From an uncultured Lachnospiraceae bacterium (GTDB taxonomy: Bacteria > Bacillota > Clostridia > Lachnospirales > Lachnospiraceae), in contig CAMNID010000044.1 of assembly GCA_946540235.1 (NCBI GenBank), positions 89,389 through 153,388 on the forward strand: a stretch of DNA of 64,000 bases. The letters run 5' to 3'. Positions 38,192-47,722 of the stretch are shown here, in pieces (position 1 is the stretch's first letter; every line of letters starts with the position of its first letter). The notes under the pieces are model-generated. The model worked only from the letters and a program-made list of their open reading frames with translations, was not told the DNA's origin and searched no databases. Both the position numbers and the translations under genes were made by a program.

Positions 38192-40105
38192 TTAAAGGTC
38201 AATGTCCGCATCCTGGGCATGGCTATGGATAAACTCCCGCCTGGGAGGAACCTGGCTGCCCATAAGCATGGATGTGACCTCAGAGGCCAGACGGCCGTCC
38301 TCGATCTCCACCTGCTTGAGGACCCGGGTCTCCGGGTTCAGGGTCGTCTCCCAGAGCTGGTCGGCATCCATCTCACCCAGACCCTTGAAGCGCTGCAGGG
38401 TAAAGCTGCCCTTGTGGGTCTTCCTGTATTTCTCTAAAGCCCTGTCGTCGTAGAGGTACTCCTCCTTGCCCTTTTTGGGTATGGCCTTATAGAGGGGCGG
38501 CGTAGCCAGGTAAATGTGTCCCTGGTAGATCAGGTCCGGCATAAAGCGGTAGAAAAAGGTCAGCAGGAGGGTAGCAATATGGGCTCCGTCCACATCCGCG
38601 TCGGTCATGATGACAATCTTATGGTAGCGTAACTTAGAGATATCAAAGTCATTGCCGTAGCCCTCGGAAAATCCGCAGCCAAAGGTATGGATCATGGTTT
38701 TGATCTCCGCGTTGGCCAGGACCTTGTCCATGGAAGCCTTCTCCACATTGAGGATCTTGCCCCGGATGGGCAGGATGGCCTGGGTCCGCCGGTTTCTGGC
38801 CGTCTTGGCCGAGCCGCCGGCCGAGTCTCCCTCCACGATAAATACCTCGCACTCCTCCGGCTTGCGGCTCTCACAGCTGGCCAGCTTGCCATTAGTGTCG
38901 ATGGAAAACTTGGACTTGCTGATCAGGTTGGTCCTGGCCTTTTCCTCAGCCTTACGGATCTTTGCCGATTTCTCCGCGCAGGACAGGACCTTTTTCAGGT
39001 CTTCTAAGTTCCGGTCATAGTAGAGGACCAGTTCCTCTCCCATCACCTCACTGACCGCCTTGCCCGCATCAGGATTATCCAGCTTGGTCTTGGTCTGCCC
39101 CTCAAAACGGGGCTCTTTATGTTTGATGGAGAGGACAGCCGTCATACCATTACGGACGTCCGCTCCTGTAAAATTCTTATCTTTTTCCTTGAGAACCCCG
39201 ATCTCCCGGGCATACTGGTTCATAACCTGGGTAAACTTGGTCTTGAAACCGGTAATATGGGTACCGCCCTCCATGGTGCAGATATTATTACAAAAGCCCA
39301 GGATGGTCTCCTGGAATTCATCCACAAACTGGTAGGCGGCTTCCACCTCAATCTCATCCACCTTTTTATGAAAATACACCAGGTCACCCACGGTCTGCCT
39401 GCCCTTATTCAGGTCCCTGACATAGGCTTCCAGGCCGTCAGGCTCGTGGAAAAGAACTTCCTCCTCCTCGCCGGGCCGGTGGTTTTCAAAATGAATATAG
39501 AGGCCGGGATTCAGATAGGCCGTCTCATGGAGCCGGCTTTTGATGGAGCTGGCCTTAAAATAGGTCTTGTCAAAGATCTCCCCATCGGGCAGGAAGGTCA
39601 CCGAGGTCCCGGTATCTGATTTTTTACAGGTCCCAATCACTTCTAAAGGAGCCACGGTATGGCCCTTCTCAAACATCTGCTCATAGACCTTGCCGTCAGA
39701 CTGGACCTTTACCTCCAGCCAGACAGAAAGAGCATTGACCACAGAGGCACCCACACCGTGGAGGCCTCCCGAAATCTTGTAGCCCTCCCCGCCGAACTTG
39801 CCTCCTGCATGGAGCATGGTAAATACTACCTCCACCCCGGGCAGACCGGTCTTCTCATTGATGCCCACCGGGATTCCACGGCCATTATCCCGGATGGTGG
39901 CCGTACCGTCCTCTCCCAGGATCACTGTGATATGGTCACAGAAACCGGCCAGGTGCTCATCGACAGAGTTATCAACAATCTCATAGATCAGATGGTTGAG
40001 TCCCCTGGTCGACACCGAGCCTATGTACATGCCGGGCCGCATCCTGACGGCCTCCAGACCCTCAAGAATATCTATACTGTTTCCGTTGTAAGTCTGTCCT
40101 TCCAT
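38192..40105 (-). CDS. parE: Type II topoisomerase subunit B, probably topoisomerase IV
   Basis: EAVRMRPGMYIG, DNGRGIP, HAGGKF, EGDSAGG, TDADVDG and QRFKGLGEM motifs. Confidence 0.85.
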   Translation of the reverse strand: MEGQTYNGNSIDILEGLEAVRMRPGMYIGSVSTRGLNHLIYEIVDNSVDEHLAGFCDHITVILGEDGTATIRDNGRGIPVGINEKTGLPGVEVVFTMLHAGGKFGGEGYKISGGLHGVGASVVNALSVWLEVKVQSDGKVYEQMFEKGHTVAPLEVIGTCKKSDTGTSVTFLPDGEIFDKTYFKASSIKSRLHETAYLNPGLYIHFENHRPGEEEEVLFHEPDGLEAYVRDLNKGRQTVGDLVYFHKKVDEIEVEAAYQFVDEFQETILGFCNNICTMEGGTHITGFKTKFTQVMNQYAREIGVLKEKDKNFTGADVRNGMTAVLSIKHKEPRFEGQTKTKLDNPDAGKAVSEVMGEELVLYYDRNLEDLKKVLSCAEKSAKIRKAEEKARTNLISKSKFSIDTNGKLASCESRKPEECEVFIVEGDSAGGSAKTARNRRTQAILPIRGKILNVEKASMDKVLANAEIKTMIHTFGCGFSEGYGNDFDISKLRYHKIVIMTDADVDGAHIATLLLTFFYRFMPDLIYQGHIYLATPPLYKAIPKKGKEEYLYDDRALEKYRKTHKGSFTLQRFKGLGEMDADQLWETTLNPETRVLKQVEIEDGRLASEVTSMLMGSQVPPRREFIHSHAQDADIDL

Positions 40106-40140
40106 ATGTCATCTCCGTTAACTATCGGCTGGTCAGCCAT

Positions 40141-41517
40141 CTATTTCGCCGTCAGCGCACTGACGATCTCACTTAATTTCATGCCGTTGGACCCCTTTAA
40201 GAGCAGGACATCCTCCGGGCAAATGCTTTCCATCAGATAATCCTTCATAGACTCCCTGTCCTCAAACCATCTGACAGCCATGGTCTTGTTGTGGTCTTTT
40301 ATACCCCTCTCAATCTCCCGGGCCAGGTCACCATAAAGGACCACCTCATCCAGTCTGAGTCCGGCCAGATAGCTGCCCACCTGGTAGTGGTACTCTTTCT
40401 CCTTGTCCCCCAGTTCCAGCATATCCGCCAGGCCGGCCACCCGTCTTCCCCTGACATCTTCCATGTCAGAAAGAACCTTGGCACTGGCCTTCATGGAATC
40501 AGGGCTGGCATTATAGGTATCATCGATCAGGGTACACCGGTCTGTGTAGAGGATCTTCAGACGCTGGCCGGAAAAGTCTTTAAGAGCCAGGGCCGCCTTA
40601 TCAAGGTCCAGGCCCATCCTGTGGGCGATGCCAAGACCGGCCAGGGCATTGCGGACATTGTGCTCACCTAAGGAAGAAAGTTCTACCGGCAGGCGCTTGT
40701 CCTCATAAAGAAAGTCAAAATAGGTCTTTCCCTTTTTCACAGAGATATTTTCCGCCCTGTAGTCACAGTGGTCACCCAGGCCATAAAGCCAGACAGGGTA
40801 AGAAAGCTTTTCTTTATAAGGGGCCAGGAAATGGTCATCTCCATTCAGGAAGACCTGGCCGTCCTCCTGCAGGCCTTTCACGATATCCATCTTTTCCAGG
40901 CAGATATTCTCCTGGGTCTTAAGCTGGGCGATATGACTGACTCCGATTAAGGTCACCACGGCAATATTGGGCCTTATCATGGTAGTCAGCTTCTCGATCT
41001 GTCCCCGCTCACTCATACCGATCTCCAGGACAGCCAGCTGGTCCTGGCTGCTGATCTGGGACAGGGTCAGGGGCACGCCGATCTGACTGTTCTGGTTGCC
41101 CCTGGTCTGGAAAACTCTTTTCTGGGAAGCCAGGACAGTGCTGATCATCTCCCTGGTCGTGGTCTTACCCACGCTGCCGGTGACTGCCACTACCGGCAGG
41201 TTCATCCGGTTCCGGTACCAGGTCCCCACCTTCTGCATGGCATCCACCGTGTCATCCACACGGACCCAGGGTTTTTGTCCTGCCGGCCCTTCTAAGGGTT
41301 GGTCATGCTCTGAAGTAAAGGTAGCCCCGTTAATGGCCAGAGCTCCTTCTATAAAGCGGTGGGCATCCACCCTCTCCCCGATGATGGGCACAAAAATACT
41401 GTCCTCATCCCCACTCCGGGAATCAATGGAAAAATTGCGGATTACTTTATTCTCATCGCCGCTAAGGAGGCGGCCTCCACATGCCTTAACTATATCCTTA
41501 ATGGTCGTATTCTCCAT
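40141..41517 (-). CDS. murF: UDP-MurNAc-tripeptide:D-Ala-D-Ala ligase
   Basis: TGSVGKTTT, GNQNSQIGVPLT, EIGMS, DDTYNASPDS, DMLELG and LKGSNG motifs. Confidence 0.93.
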   Translation of the reverse strand: MENTTIKDIVKACGGRLLSGDENKVIRNFSIDSRSGDEDSIFVPIIGERVDAHRFIEGALAINGATFTSEHDQPLEGPAGQKPWVRVDDTVDAMQKVGTWYRNRMNLPVVAVTGSVGKTTTREMISTVLASQKRVFQTRGNQNSQIGVPLTLSQISSQDQLAVLEIGMSERGQIEKLTTMIRPNIAVVTLIGVSHIAQLKTQENICLEKMDIVKGLQEDGQVFLNGDDHFLAPYKEKLSYPVWLYGLGDHCDYRAENISVKKGKTYFDFLYEDKRLPVELSSLGEHNVRNALAGLGIAHRMGLDLDKAALALKDFSGQRLKILYTDRCTLIDDTYNASPDSMKASAKVLSDMEDVRGRRVAGLADMLELGDKEKEYHYQVGSYLAGLRLDEVVLYGDLAREIERGIKDHNKTMAVRWFEDRESMKDYLMESICPEDVLLLKGSNGMKLSEIVSALTAK

Positions 41518-41663
41518 AGCTTCTTCCTTTCCTCCACCTGCTTATCTTATCCGGCAGGCAAAATAAAAACACTAAGAATAAAATAATATCTTTTATCCTT
41601 AGTGTCATTATCCTGTTATTTTATTCCTACAATCTTTAATATTACATCATCTTGCCGATTATT

Positions 41664-42944
41664 TCAAGCGAGCAATTTCTCCACGGCCGCCAGTTTGGCA
41701 CAGATGGTAAAGAGCTCTATGGCTTCCTCAATCTCAGAGAGGGGCGGCAGGGTCGGGGCAATCCGGATGTTGGAATCCTGGGGATCCTGGCCGTAAGGGT
41801 AGGCTGCTCCCGCGCCGGTCATGGTCACGCCGGCCTCCTTGCACTTGGCCACGATATTCTTAGCACAGCCCGGCATGGCATTAAAGGAAATGAAATATCC
41901 ACCTCTTGGTCTGGTCCACTCCGCGATACCCAGTCCGCCAAGCTCCTGGTCGAGAATACGGAGTACTGCCTCAAACTTGGGCCGGATTACCTGGGCATGC
42001 TTGCTCATATGGGCCTTAAGGCCGTCGAAATCTTTGAAAAAGCGGACATGACGCAGCTGGTTAATCTTGTCATGGCCGATGGTCTGCCACTTCATCTGGG
42101 ACTTGATATCCGCGATATTGGCAGGGGAAGCGGACATGGCCGCGATACCTGCACCCGGGAAGGTGATCTTGCTGGTGGAGCAGAACTGGTATACCATATC
42201 CGGATTTCCAGCCTTCTCACACTCTTCGAGAATGTTTAAAAGAGCCGGGTCTTCATCCTCGTAGAGGGTATGGATGGCATAGGCGTTATCCCAGAAGATG
42301 CGGAAGTCGCCAGCAGCCGGCTTTAAGGCCGCAAACCTTTTGATGGTCTCCGGGGAATAAACGATACCGCCGGGATTGGAGTAGGCCGGCACGCACCAGA
42401 TACCCTTTACTGCCGGATCATTATTGACATACTTCTCTACCAGGTCCATATCCGGACCGTTCTCATCGGTGGGGATGGAAATCATCTCCATACCAAAATG
42501 CTCTGTGATGGCAAAATGTCTGTCATAACCGGGAACCGGACAAAGCCATTTAACCTGGTCAAGCTTCATCCAGGGCGTGCTGCCCATGATGCCGAAAAGG
42601 GCTGCCCTGGCAATGCTGTCATACATGATATTGAGGCTGGAGTTACCAAAGATGATTACCTGGTCCTCCCTGGCTCCCATAACCTGTCCCATAAGCTTTT
42701 TCGCCTCAGGGATTCCGTCCAGGATCCCATAATTTCTCAGGTCTGTCCCGTCAGCCCCATGGAGGTCAGAATCCTCTGTAATCGTATTCAGCATGGGCAT
42801 GGAAAGGTCAAGCTGTTCACTGCCGGGCTTGCCGCGAGAGATATCCAGTTTCCTTCCCCGGACCTTCTCCTCCTCATATAACTGATTCAACTCGGCCTGA
42901 AGGGCCAATAATTCTTCTCTGCTTAAGTCACTATATTTTTTCAC
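41664..42944 (-). CDS. PLP-dependent class I/II aminotransferase
   Basis: ISRGKP, PVPGYDRHF, YSNPGG, WDNAY, STSKITFPGAG and IRIAPT motifs; GTG start with an AGGAGG RBS. Confidence 0.88.
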   Translation of the reverse strand: MKKYSDLSREELLALQAELNQLYEEEKVRGRKLDISRGKPGSEQLDLSMPMLNTITEDSDLHGADGTDLRNYGILDGIPEAKKLMGQVMGAREDQVIIFGNSSLNIMYDSIARAALFGIMGSTPWMKLDQVKWLCPVPGYDRHFAITEHFGMEMISIPTDENGPDMDLVEKYVNNDPAVKGIWCVPAYSNPGGIVYSPETIKRFAALKPAAGDFRIFWDNAYAIHTLYEDEDPALLNILEECEKAGNPDMVYQFCSTSKITFPGAGIAAMSASPANIADIKSQMKWQTIGHDKINQLRHVRFFKDFDGLKAHMSKHAQVIRPKFEAVLRILDQELGGLGIAEWTRPRGGYFISFNAMPGCAKNIVAKCKEAGVTMTGAGAAYPYGQDPQDSNIRIAPTLPPLSEIEEAIELFTICAKLAAVEKLLA

Positions 42945-43038
42945 AAGTACAGCCTCCTACTCATCCGTCATTACAAAACAACAGTTAACTCTGCCTCCTG
43001 CCGGAACTTATCATTCCCACAGACACTGCATTTCTCCT

Positions 43039-43067
43039 ATTGTATGTTATTTTTGAATTAATTACAA
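43039..43067 (-). promoter_or_regulatory. SigA-type promoter for the aminotransferase-murF-parE-parC side
   Basis: Minus strand TTGTAA-17 bp-TACAAT. Confidence 0.6.
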
Positions 43068-43076
43068 GCTATATTT

Positions 43077-43532
43077 TCAAAATAAACGGTCTGTAATCAG
43101 GGATGCATCCAGGAGAATATTGTTAAAAGACCTAGATAATTCAAGGTTATCCATGGATTCTGCCTCCATATCAAGATAAGTGACTAATTGAATAATCATC
43201 TCATTTCTCCTTCGTTTAAACAGGCCTTTTCTTTCGGCTTCCTTCTCTTCGGGCCGGCTGCACAGAAGACCGCTGCCCATCAGGTCTCCTTGGCCGGTAA
43301 AGAAATAGATCCTGGTCCCCGGCTCCGGGTCTCCCTTGACCAGTTGGCCCCGGAGCAAGAGCTTTCTCTCCTGCCGGTCCTCCTCCAGCCCTTCCTCCAG
43401 ATAGAATAAAAAGTCCGCCTGTTCATGGATATCCATGACCTTCCTCTTCCAGGGCTCCATATTCTCCTCCTGGTTCTGCCGGTAGGCCTCCATGGTCCTC
43501 TCATGTAATTTTCTCAATCCAGCAAACGGCAT
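43077..43532 (-). CDS. Hypothetical protein, possible EF-Tu domain-II-like beta-barrel; last gene of the accessory locus
   Basis: FLFYLEEGLE...LLLRGQLVKGDPEPGTRI resembles the F.VEDVF...VTGRVE.G.I..GD pattern; overlaps the upstream gene. Confidence 0.55.
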   Translation of the reverse strand: MPFAGLRKLHERTMEAYRQNQEENMEPWKRKVMDIHEQADFLFYLEEGLEEDRQERKLLLRGQLVKGDPEPGTRIYFFTGQGDLMGSGLLCSRPEEKEAERKGLFKRRRNEMIIQLVTYLDMEAESMDNLELSRSFNNILLDASLITDRLF

Positions 43533-44713
43533 AACTGCTCCTTCGCCTCACAGTAGCACTCCCCGCTCTCCAGCAGGAAGATCCTGAGGCCCTCTTTCTT
43601 CATCTTCAGAAAATCGTCCACCATTTTCTTTAAAATCTGATCATTCTTAAATCTTCCATCCAGCAAAATATAGAGCCGGTAGTCTCCCTTATGGTCCTGC
43701 TGTCTGGCCATATGGTCCGCCATAAGATCCCTGGCAATGACCAGGGCTTCGCCAAAAGAGTAATCCCTGATGTCCTGAGCCAGTTCAAAACGGAAACCAG
43801 CCGGGTACTCCCTGAAGTTTCTGGCCTCCACAACCTGGTCACCGTAAACAAAAGAGAACACTATGCTTCTGCCAGTCATCTCTCCCTCATTTTCCAGTTC
43901 CTCCAGCTGCTGGTAAAATATCTTTTCCAGACCTAAGGGGCGGTGGAGCTGGGTGCGCAGAAGAACAAAGCTGCAGTAGAGCGGTCCCTTATTACCAGAA
44001 GGCCGGCTCTCTAACTTTTCCTCCACCGGCCCGGGGCCGGCTTTGGCTGAAGCCTCCGCCTGGTCCAGCATCAGCTGTTTTTTCAGTTCATCAATGATCT
44101 GCAGGTGGGTCCAGACCTCATGATGCTCCAGCTTTTCCTTCCACCGGTCCGGCAGCTGCTGGTAAAAGACATGGGCGTAATCCACATCTGCCTTGGCCGG
44201 AGGAACCTTGATATTCCCTCTGCAGGAGCCGATGAGAATCCGGTAGATCAGTCGCTGATCAGAGAGCAGCTGCCTGGCCTCATCAAAAAAAAGCCCGTCT
44301 CCCAGAAGCCTCTCATCTTCAGGGTACCACTCATAATCCTGCTCAAAAAAGAGCAGCTGGAAACGGTTTGGGCGGACCAGATATACCGGGGAATCCTGGC
44401 TGGCCGGGTCGGTCATCAGGTCCTCCAGGTCCAGCAGGCCGGGATAGATATTTCTCTGGCGAAAACCCTCCAGGAGGGTAGCCACGGACAGAGCCATGGC
44501 ATAAAGCCGCCGCCTGTCCACGTGGTAATGGTCCATCATCTCCCTGCCAAAAAGGCACTTGAGGGAACAGGCCTGGTCTGGCAGCCGGCCCTCATCTCCC
44601 GGAAAAATGACCTGGGGAAGCTCCCGGAGCATCTTTATGACCGGATGGGAGGAGGCAAAGAGCTCCTCCTTGCTTGCGGGTGTCTGTCCCTGTGTATCAA
44701 TTCTCTCCATCAT
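43514..44713 (-). CDS. Pseudokinase-like N-domain plus degenerate vWA-like C-domain
   Basis: ALSVATLLEGFRQRNIYPGLLDLEDLMTD aligns by eye to the kinase helix E/catalytic loop but lacks HRD. The C-terminus has RLYILLDG (vWA strand-4-like). Confidence 0.5.
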   Translation of the reverse strand: MMERIDTQGQTPASKEELFASSHPVIKMLRELPQVIFPGDEGRLPDQACSLKCLFGREMMDHYHVDRRRLYAMALSVATLLEGFRQRNIYPGLLDLEDLMTDPASQDSPVYLVRPNRFQLLFFEQDYEWYPEDERLLGDGLFFDEARQLLSDQRLIYRILIGSCRGNIKVPPAKADVDYAHVFYQQLPDRWKEKLEHHEVWTHLQIIDELKKQLMLDQAEASAKAGPGPVEEKLESRPSGNKGPLYCSFVLLRTQLHRPLGLEKIFYQQLEELENEGEMTGRSIVFSFVYGDQVVEARNFREYPAGFRFELAQDIRDYSFGEALVIARDLMADHMARQQDHKGDYRLYILLDGRFKNDQILKKMVDDFLKMKKEGLRIFLLESGECYCEAKEQLCRLLD

Positions 44714-45408
44714 ATTCCTATGGACACTCCCTTCAGAAGATCCTTCAAAGGTTTGACAACATTATCCAAAAGGTCTGTACTGACCGGCTGCAGCAGTTTT
44801 TCAATGGAAATAAACATGGGGGACGCTTCTTCGTCATAGCCCCCGTCTTCCCTGACGAAACAAAAGCGGAAATCCTCCTGGCTCAGCTCATCAGTAGTAA
44901 AGAACACAGCTTGGCCTAAAGGAAAGTCCAGATACTCTTCGTAATCATTGCTGCCGTAGGCATCAGAAAATACAAAGACTGCCTTATTCCTGCCCGGGGA
45001 AGGGAACTTGGCCACAGACAAGGCTATGGCATGGTGGACAGACTCCCGGCCGTCATTGGAACCACCGTAGAGCTTGATGGCCCTGACCTGCTGCATGAAC
45101 TCGGTCACATCCTCTGTAAAGGACTCCCCGTCAGCAAAAAGCAACTGGTCCGTCTCCTCTCCTCCCTTCTCGTCCCGGATGACGGTAGCGCCCAGCATGG
45201 GGTGAATCTCATAGCGGGCCAGGCTTTCTATAAAATGCATGATTGCAAAATAGACGGCAGGGAATATGGTGTACATGGAGGCAGTGCCATCGATGACAAA
45301 GTCCAGGTAAAGCTTGAGTCCCTGCTTCTTCTCGCTTTCCATCTTCTCCCGCAGTCTTCCGGGCAGAGACGGATTATAATCGGTCCCCTGACTGTTATAG
45401 CTGTTCAT
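44710..45408 (-). CDS. vWA-domain protein
   Basis: MIDAS-like LDFVIDGTASM, GGSNDGRE and VFVFSDA motifs. Confidence 0.8.
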   Translation of the reverse strand: MNSYNSQGTDYNPSLPGRLREKMESEKKQGLKLYLDFVIDGTASMYTIFPAVYFAIMHFIESLARYEIHPMLGATVIRDEKGGEETDQLLFADGESFTEDVTEFMQQVRAIKLYGGSNDGRESVHHAIALSVAKFPSPGRNKAVFVFSDAYGSNDYEEYLDFPLGQAVFFTTDELSQEDFRFCFVREDGGYDEEASPMFISIEKLLQPVSTDLLDNVVKPLKDLLKGVSIGI

Positions 45409-46634
45409 TATCTCCTGTCCCTCCCCCTGATCTGCAGTACTTCTATCTCTGTGTCATGATAAAGAAATTTATCCCCTTCCGTGACCTGGCTGTCCCTCTG
45501 CAGGCTGACAGCCCTGCAGTCTTCATGGAGCAGAAGAACCCTTACCTGGTCATCCACCCGGTAAAAGGACAGAATATGGCCGCTGTAGGGCCCGTTCTTA
45601 CTTCTTTCCTGCCTGGTTCCGTAATAAATAGGGACAAAACGATAGTTGCGGATATAGGGACTGTACTTGATATCCCCCACCCTGTAAGTCAGACGGATGG
45701 TGTCCCTCTGGGACTCTGATTCCAGCTGCTCCGGAAAATCAGGCAGACGGCCTTCCTGTTCCAGGTAAGTCTCCATGTCCCTTATAACCGGCTCGATACT
45801 GTGGTAACGGTCCTGCTCAGGGGCAATCATTTTGGCCAGGATTCCTGTCAGGGCCGGATCAATACCCGGCATATCCTTGAGGGTGTAGGCATAGTCCGGG
45901 TCCTCCATATAGCGGTTGATCTCCTCTGCTCCAAAGAAATGGTGCTTGCCTGTATAAATAAAATAAAGGACCAGGCCCGCAGAATAGATATCCATCTCCG
46001 GCCGGCATACATAGGAATTCCAGTAGCCCGGGTCCGCATAGCCCGGCGTCCCCTTCTGCTCCCTGCGCAGATTGCAGGTCAGCACGGAATCATGGAGGTG
46101 AACCCAGTCAAAATCTATGATTTTTACGACAGACCCATCCCGGGCCGCCATAACATTCTCTGGTTTTAAATCCCTGTGAATAATGGGATCGTTCTCATAG
46201 CAGGACATATAATGACGGATACCGTAGAGAAACTTCATGGCGATCCGGTCACAGATCCTCAGTTTCTCCTGCCAGGTCTCCCCGGTGGTCTCTCTCCGCC
46301 TCATCAGATCCGAGAGATCAGGGACATCAATATATTCCACCAGGGTAATAAAACGGCGGCCTTCCACATCCAGCATACCTCCGTATATCCTGACGATATA
46401 AGGGGAATAAAGCTGAACCTTACTCTCCTTTTCCACGAAAAGCCGGTCCATGTCCTCGCAGAAGAGAATCTTGAGAAAATACCTTCTTCCGGTCCGGATA
46501 TCCTCAGCTACCATGGCCTGCTTGGTTCCCGAACGGTAATTCTCCCTGACCATCTTCAGGACCAGGCCCTCCCCAGGGAAGTCTCCTTCTCCCTTCCAGG
46601 TGAGAAAATCCCCTTCCTTAAAATACTGATACAT
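45408..46634 (-). CDS. Soluble Ser/Thr protein kinase with a C-terminal beta-domain (possibly degenerate FHA)
   Basis: YFLK, IIHRDLKPEN, IIDFD, GTPGYADP and DIYSAG motifs; no TM or PASTA domain. Confidence 0.9.
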   Translation of the reverse strand: MYQYFKEGDFLTWKGEGDFPGEGLVLKMVRENYRSGTKQAMVAEDIRTGRRYFLKILFCEDMDRLFVEKESKVQLYSPYIVRIYGGMLDVEGRRFITLVEYIDVPDLSDLMRRRETTGETWQEKLRICDRIAMKFLYGIRHYMSCYENDPIIHRDLKPENVMAARDGSVVKIIDFDWVHLHDSVLTCNLRREQKGTPGYADPGYWNSYVCRPEMDIYSAGLVLYFIYTGKHHFFGAEEINRYMEDPDYAYTLKDMPGIDPALTGILAKMIAPEQDRYHSIEPVIRDMETYLEQEGRLPDFPEQLESESQRDTIRLTYRVGDIKYSPYIRNYRFVPIYYGTRQERSKNGPYSGHILSFYRVDDQVRVLLLHEDCRAVSLQRDSQVTEGDKFLYHDTEIEVLQIRGRDRR

Positions 46635-46637
46635 AGT

Positions 46638-47606
46638 TTACTCCCCTTTGGTCCGTCCCCTGCCCCTTTGCAGTTTGGAGCGGAAACGCCTCAGCACAGA
46701 AGCCTGCTCCAGCTTCACATAGGCACAGTCATCCTCCAGACCCTGCAGTTCTTCCGGCTCCTTGTCTTTAGCCTCCCGGATCATATTCTCTTCATTGGTC
46801 TCGCGGTAAAGTCTTTCCGCAGACACATCCCGGACCGGCCGGTCATTCTTTTCCCGGACATAGAGGATGGCGGTCTGGTTATCCTCTTCTCCCCGCTCTC
46901 TGGCTTTATGAAAGAGCTGGAGCAGCCTGCGGGATTCTTTTCCCTCACTGGCCGCCTTACGGATCTCCTCCCTGTCCAGGTCAGAAAAAGCCCCGTCAGA
47001 TCCCATCAGAACCCAGTCCACCTTCTTGTCAGGTAAAAAGGAAACGGAAGGGCTGCATCCATTCCTTCCCCCCAGGTAGGATAAAATCCTGTTTTTAGTC
47101 TGGTAATAAAGGATGGAGCCCTTTTCCGTCTTGCCGGAACGGATCAGGCTCTCAGCCACATTCTGCACCTCACTGACCAGGCTGATTCTCCTGCCCTCTC
47201 CTACATAGATGGGACTGTCCCCGCAATTACTGAAGATAAAGATATCCCAGAAAGATATGACCGTGGACAGGGTTGTCCCTCCACGGTAGCCCCGGTCAAG
47301 TCCTGCCTTATAAATCTCCGGCTCCAGCTCTTCATAGACCTGGCCGGAAAAATCCTTTAAAAGTTCAATCTGGGTATCCAGAGCCTTGCCGCAGAAATCC
47401 GGGTCTGTCACCCTCCGGTAGAGCTTCTCAAACCATAATCTGACGGCCAGCTCTGAGAAGAAAGCGCCGCCGGCCATGCCGCCCATACCGTCTGCCACAG
47501 CCATGGCCCTGACTGTGGAATCATAGTTGACCCGGATCTCCATCTGCCGGCAGTAGTCCTGGTTCTCGGATCGTCTGTTGATATCGCTCAACATATAACA
47601 TGTCAT
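46638..47606 (-). CDS. PP2C-family protein phosphatase
   Basis: RSENQD, VADGMGG, GTT, NCGDS, GSDG and DN motifs; the metal ligands are present. Confidence 0.92.
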   Translation of the reverse strand: MTCYMLSDINRRSENQDYCRQMEIRVNYDSTVRAMAVADGMGGMAGGAFFSELAVRLWFEKLYRRVTDPDFCGKALDTQIELLKDFSGQVYEELEPEIYKAGLDRGYRGGTTLSTVISFWDIFIFSNCGDSPIYVGEGRRISLVSEVQNVAESLIRSGKTEKGSILYYQTKNRILSYLGGRNGCSPSVSFLPDKKVDWVLMGSDGAFSDLDREEIRKAASEGKESRRLLQLFHKARERGEEDNQTAILYVREKNDRPVRDVSAERLYRETNEENMIREAKDKEPEELQGLEDDCAYVKLEQASVLRRFRSKLQRGRGRTKGE

Positions 47607-47660
47607 AATTTCCGCACCTCCAGGTAAGGATCATCCTGCTCCCGGGGCTTCCCGCCCCGG

Positions 47661-47690
47661 TTGCAAATTAATTACCCATATGATACACTG
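47661..47690 (+). promoter_or_regulatory. Putative promoter for the opposite-strand kinase gene
   Basis: TTGCAA-18 bp-TACACT with an extended-10 TG at 47682-83, just after the CCGGGGC/GCCCCGG hairpin (47642-60). Confidence 0.45.
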
Positions 47691-47722
47691 ATTCACATAA
47701 AAAATCTACTGACGAGGTTTTC

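Noticed and set aside
36428-38437. 669-aa plus-strand ORF
   Set aside because: Antisense shadow of parC/parE with no recognisable motifs or RBS; expected from codon bias.
35870-40105. gyrA/gyrB assignment
   Set aside because: No canonical GyrA-box and a non-origin context; topoisomerase IV is preferred, though not proven.
43017-43037. Tiny uORF MQCLWE in the aminotransferase leader
   Set aside because: RBS spacing is only about 2 nt, there is no informative codon run and no attenuator hairpin.
45408-46634. PknB/PrkC assignment for the kinase
   Set aside because: No TM helix or PASTA repeats.
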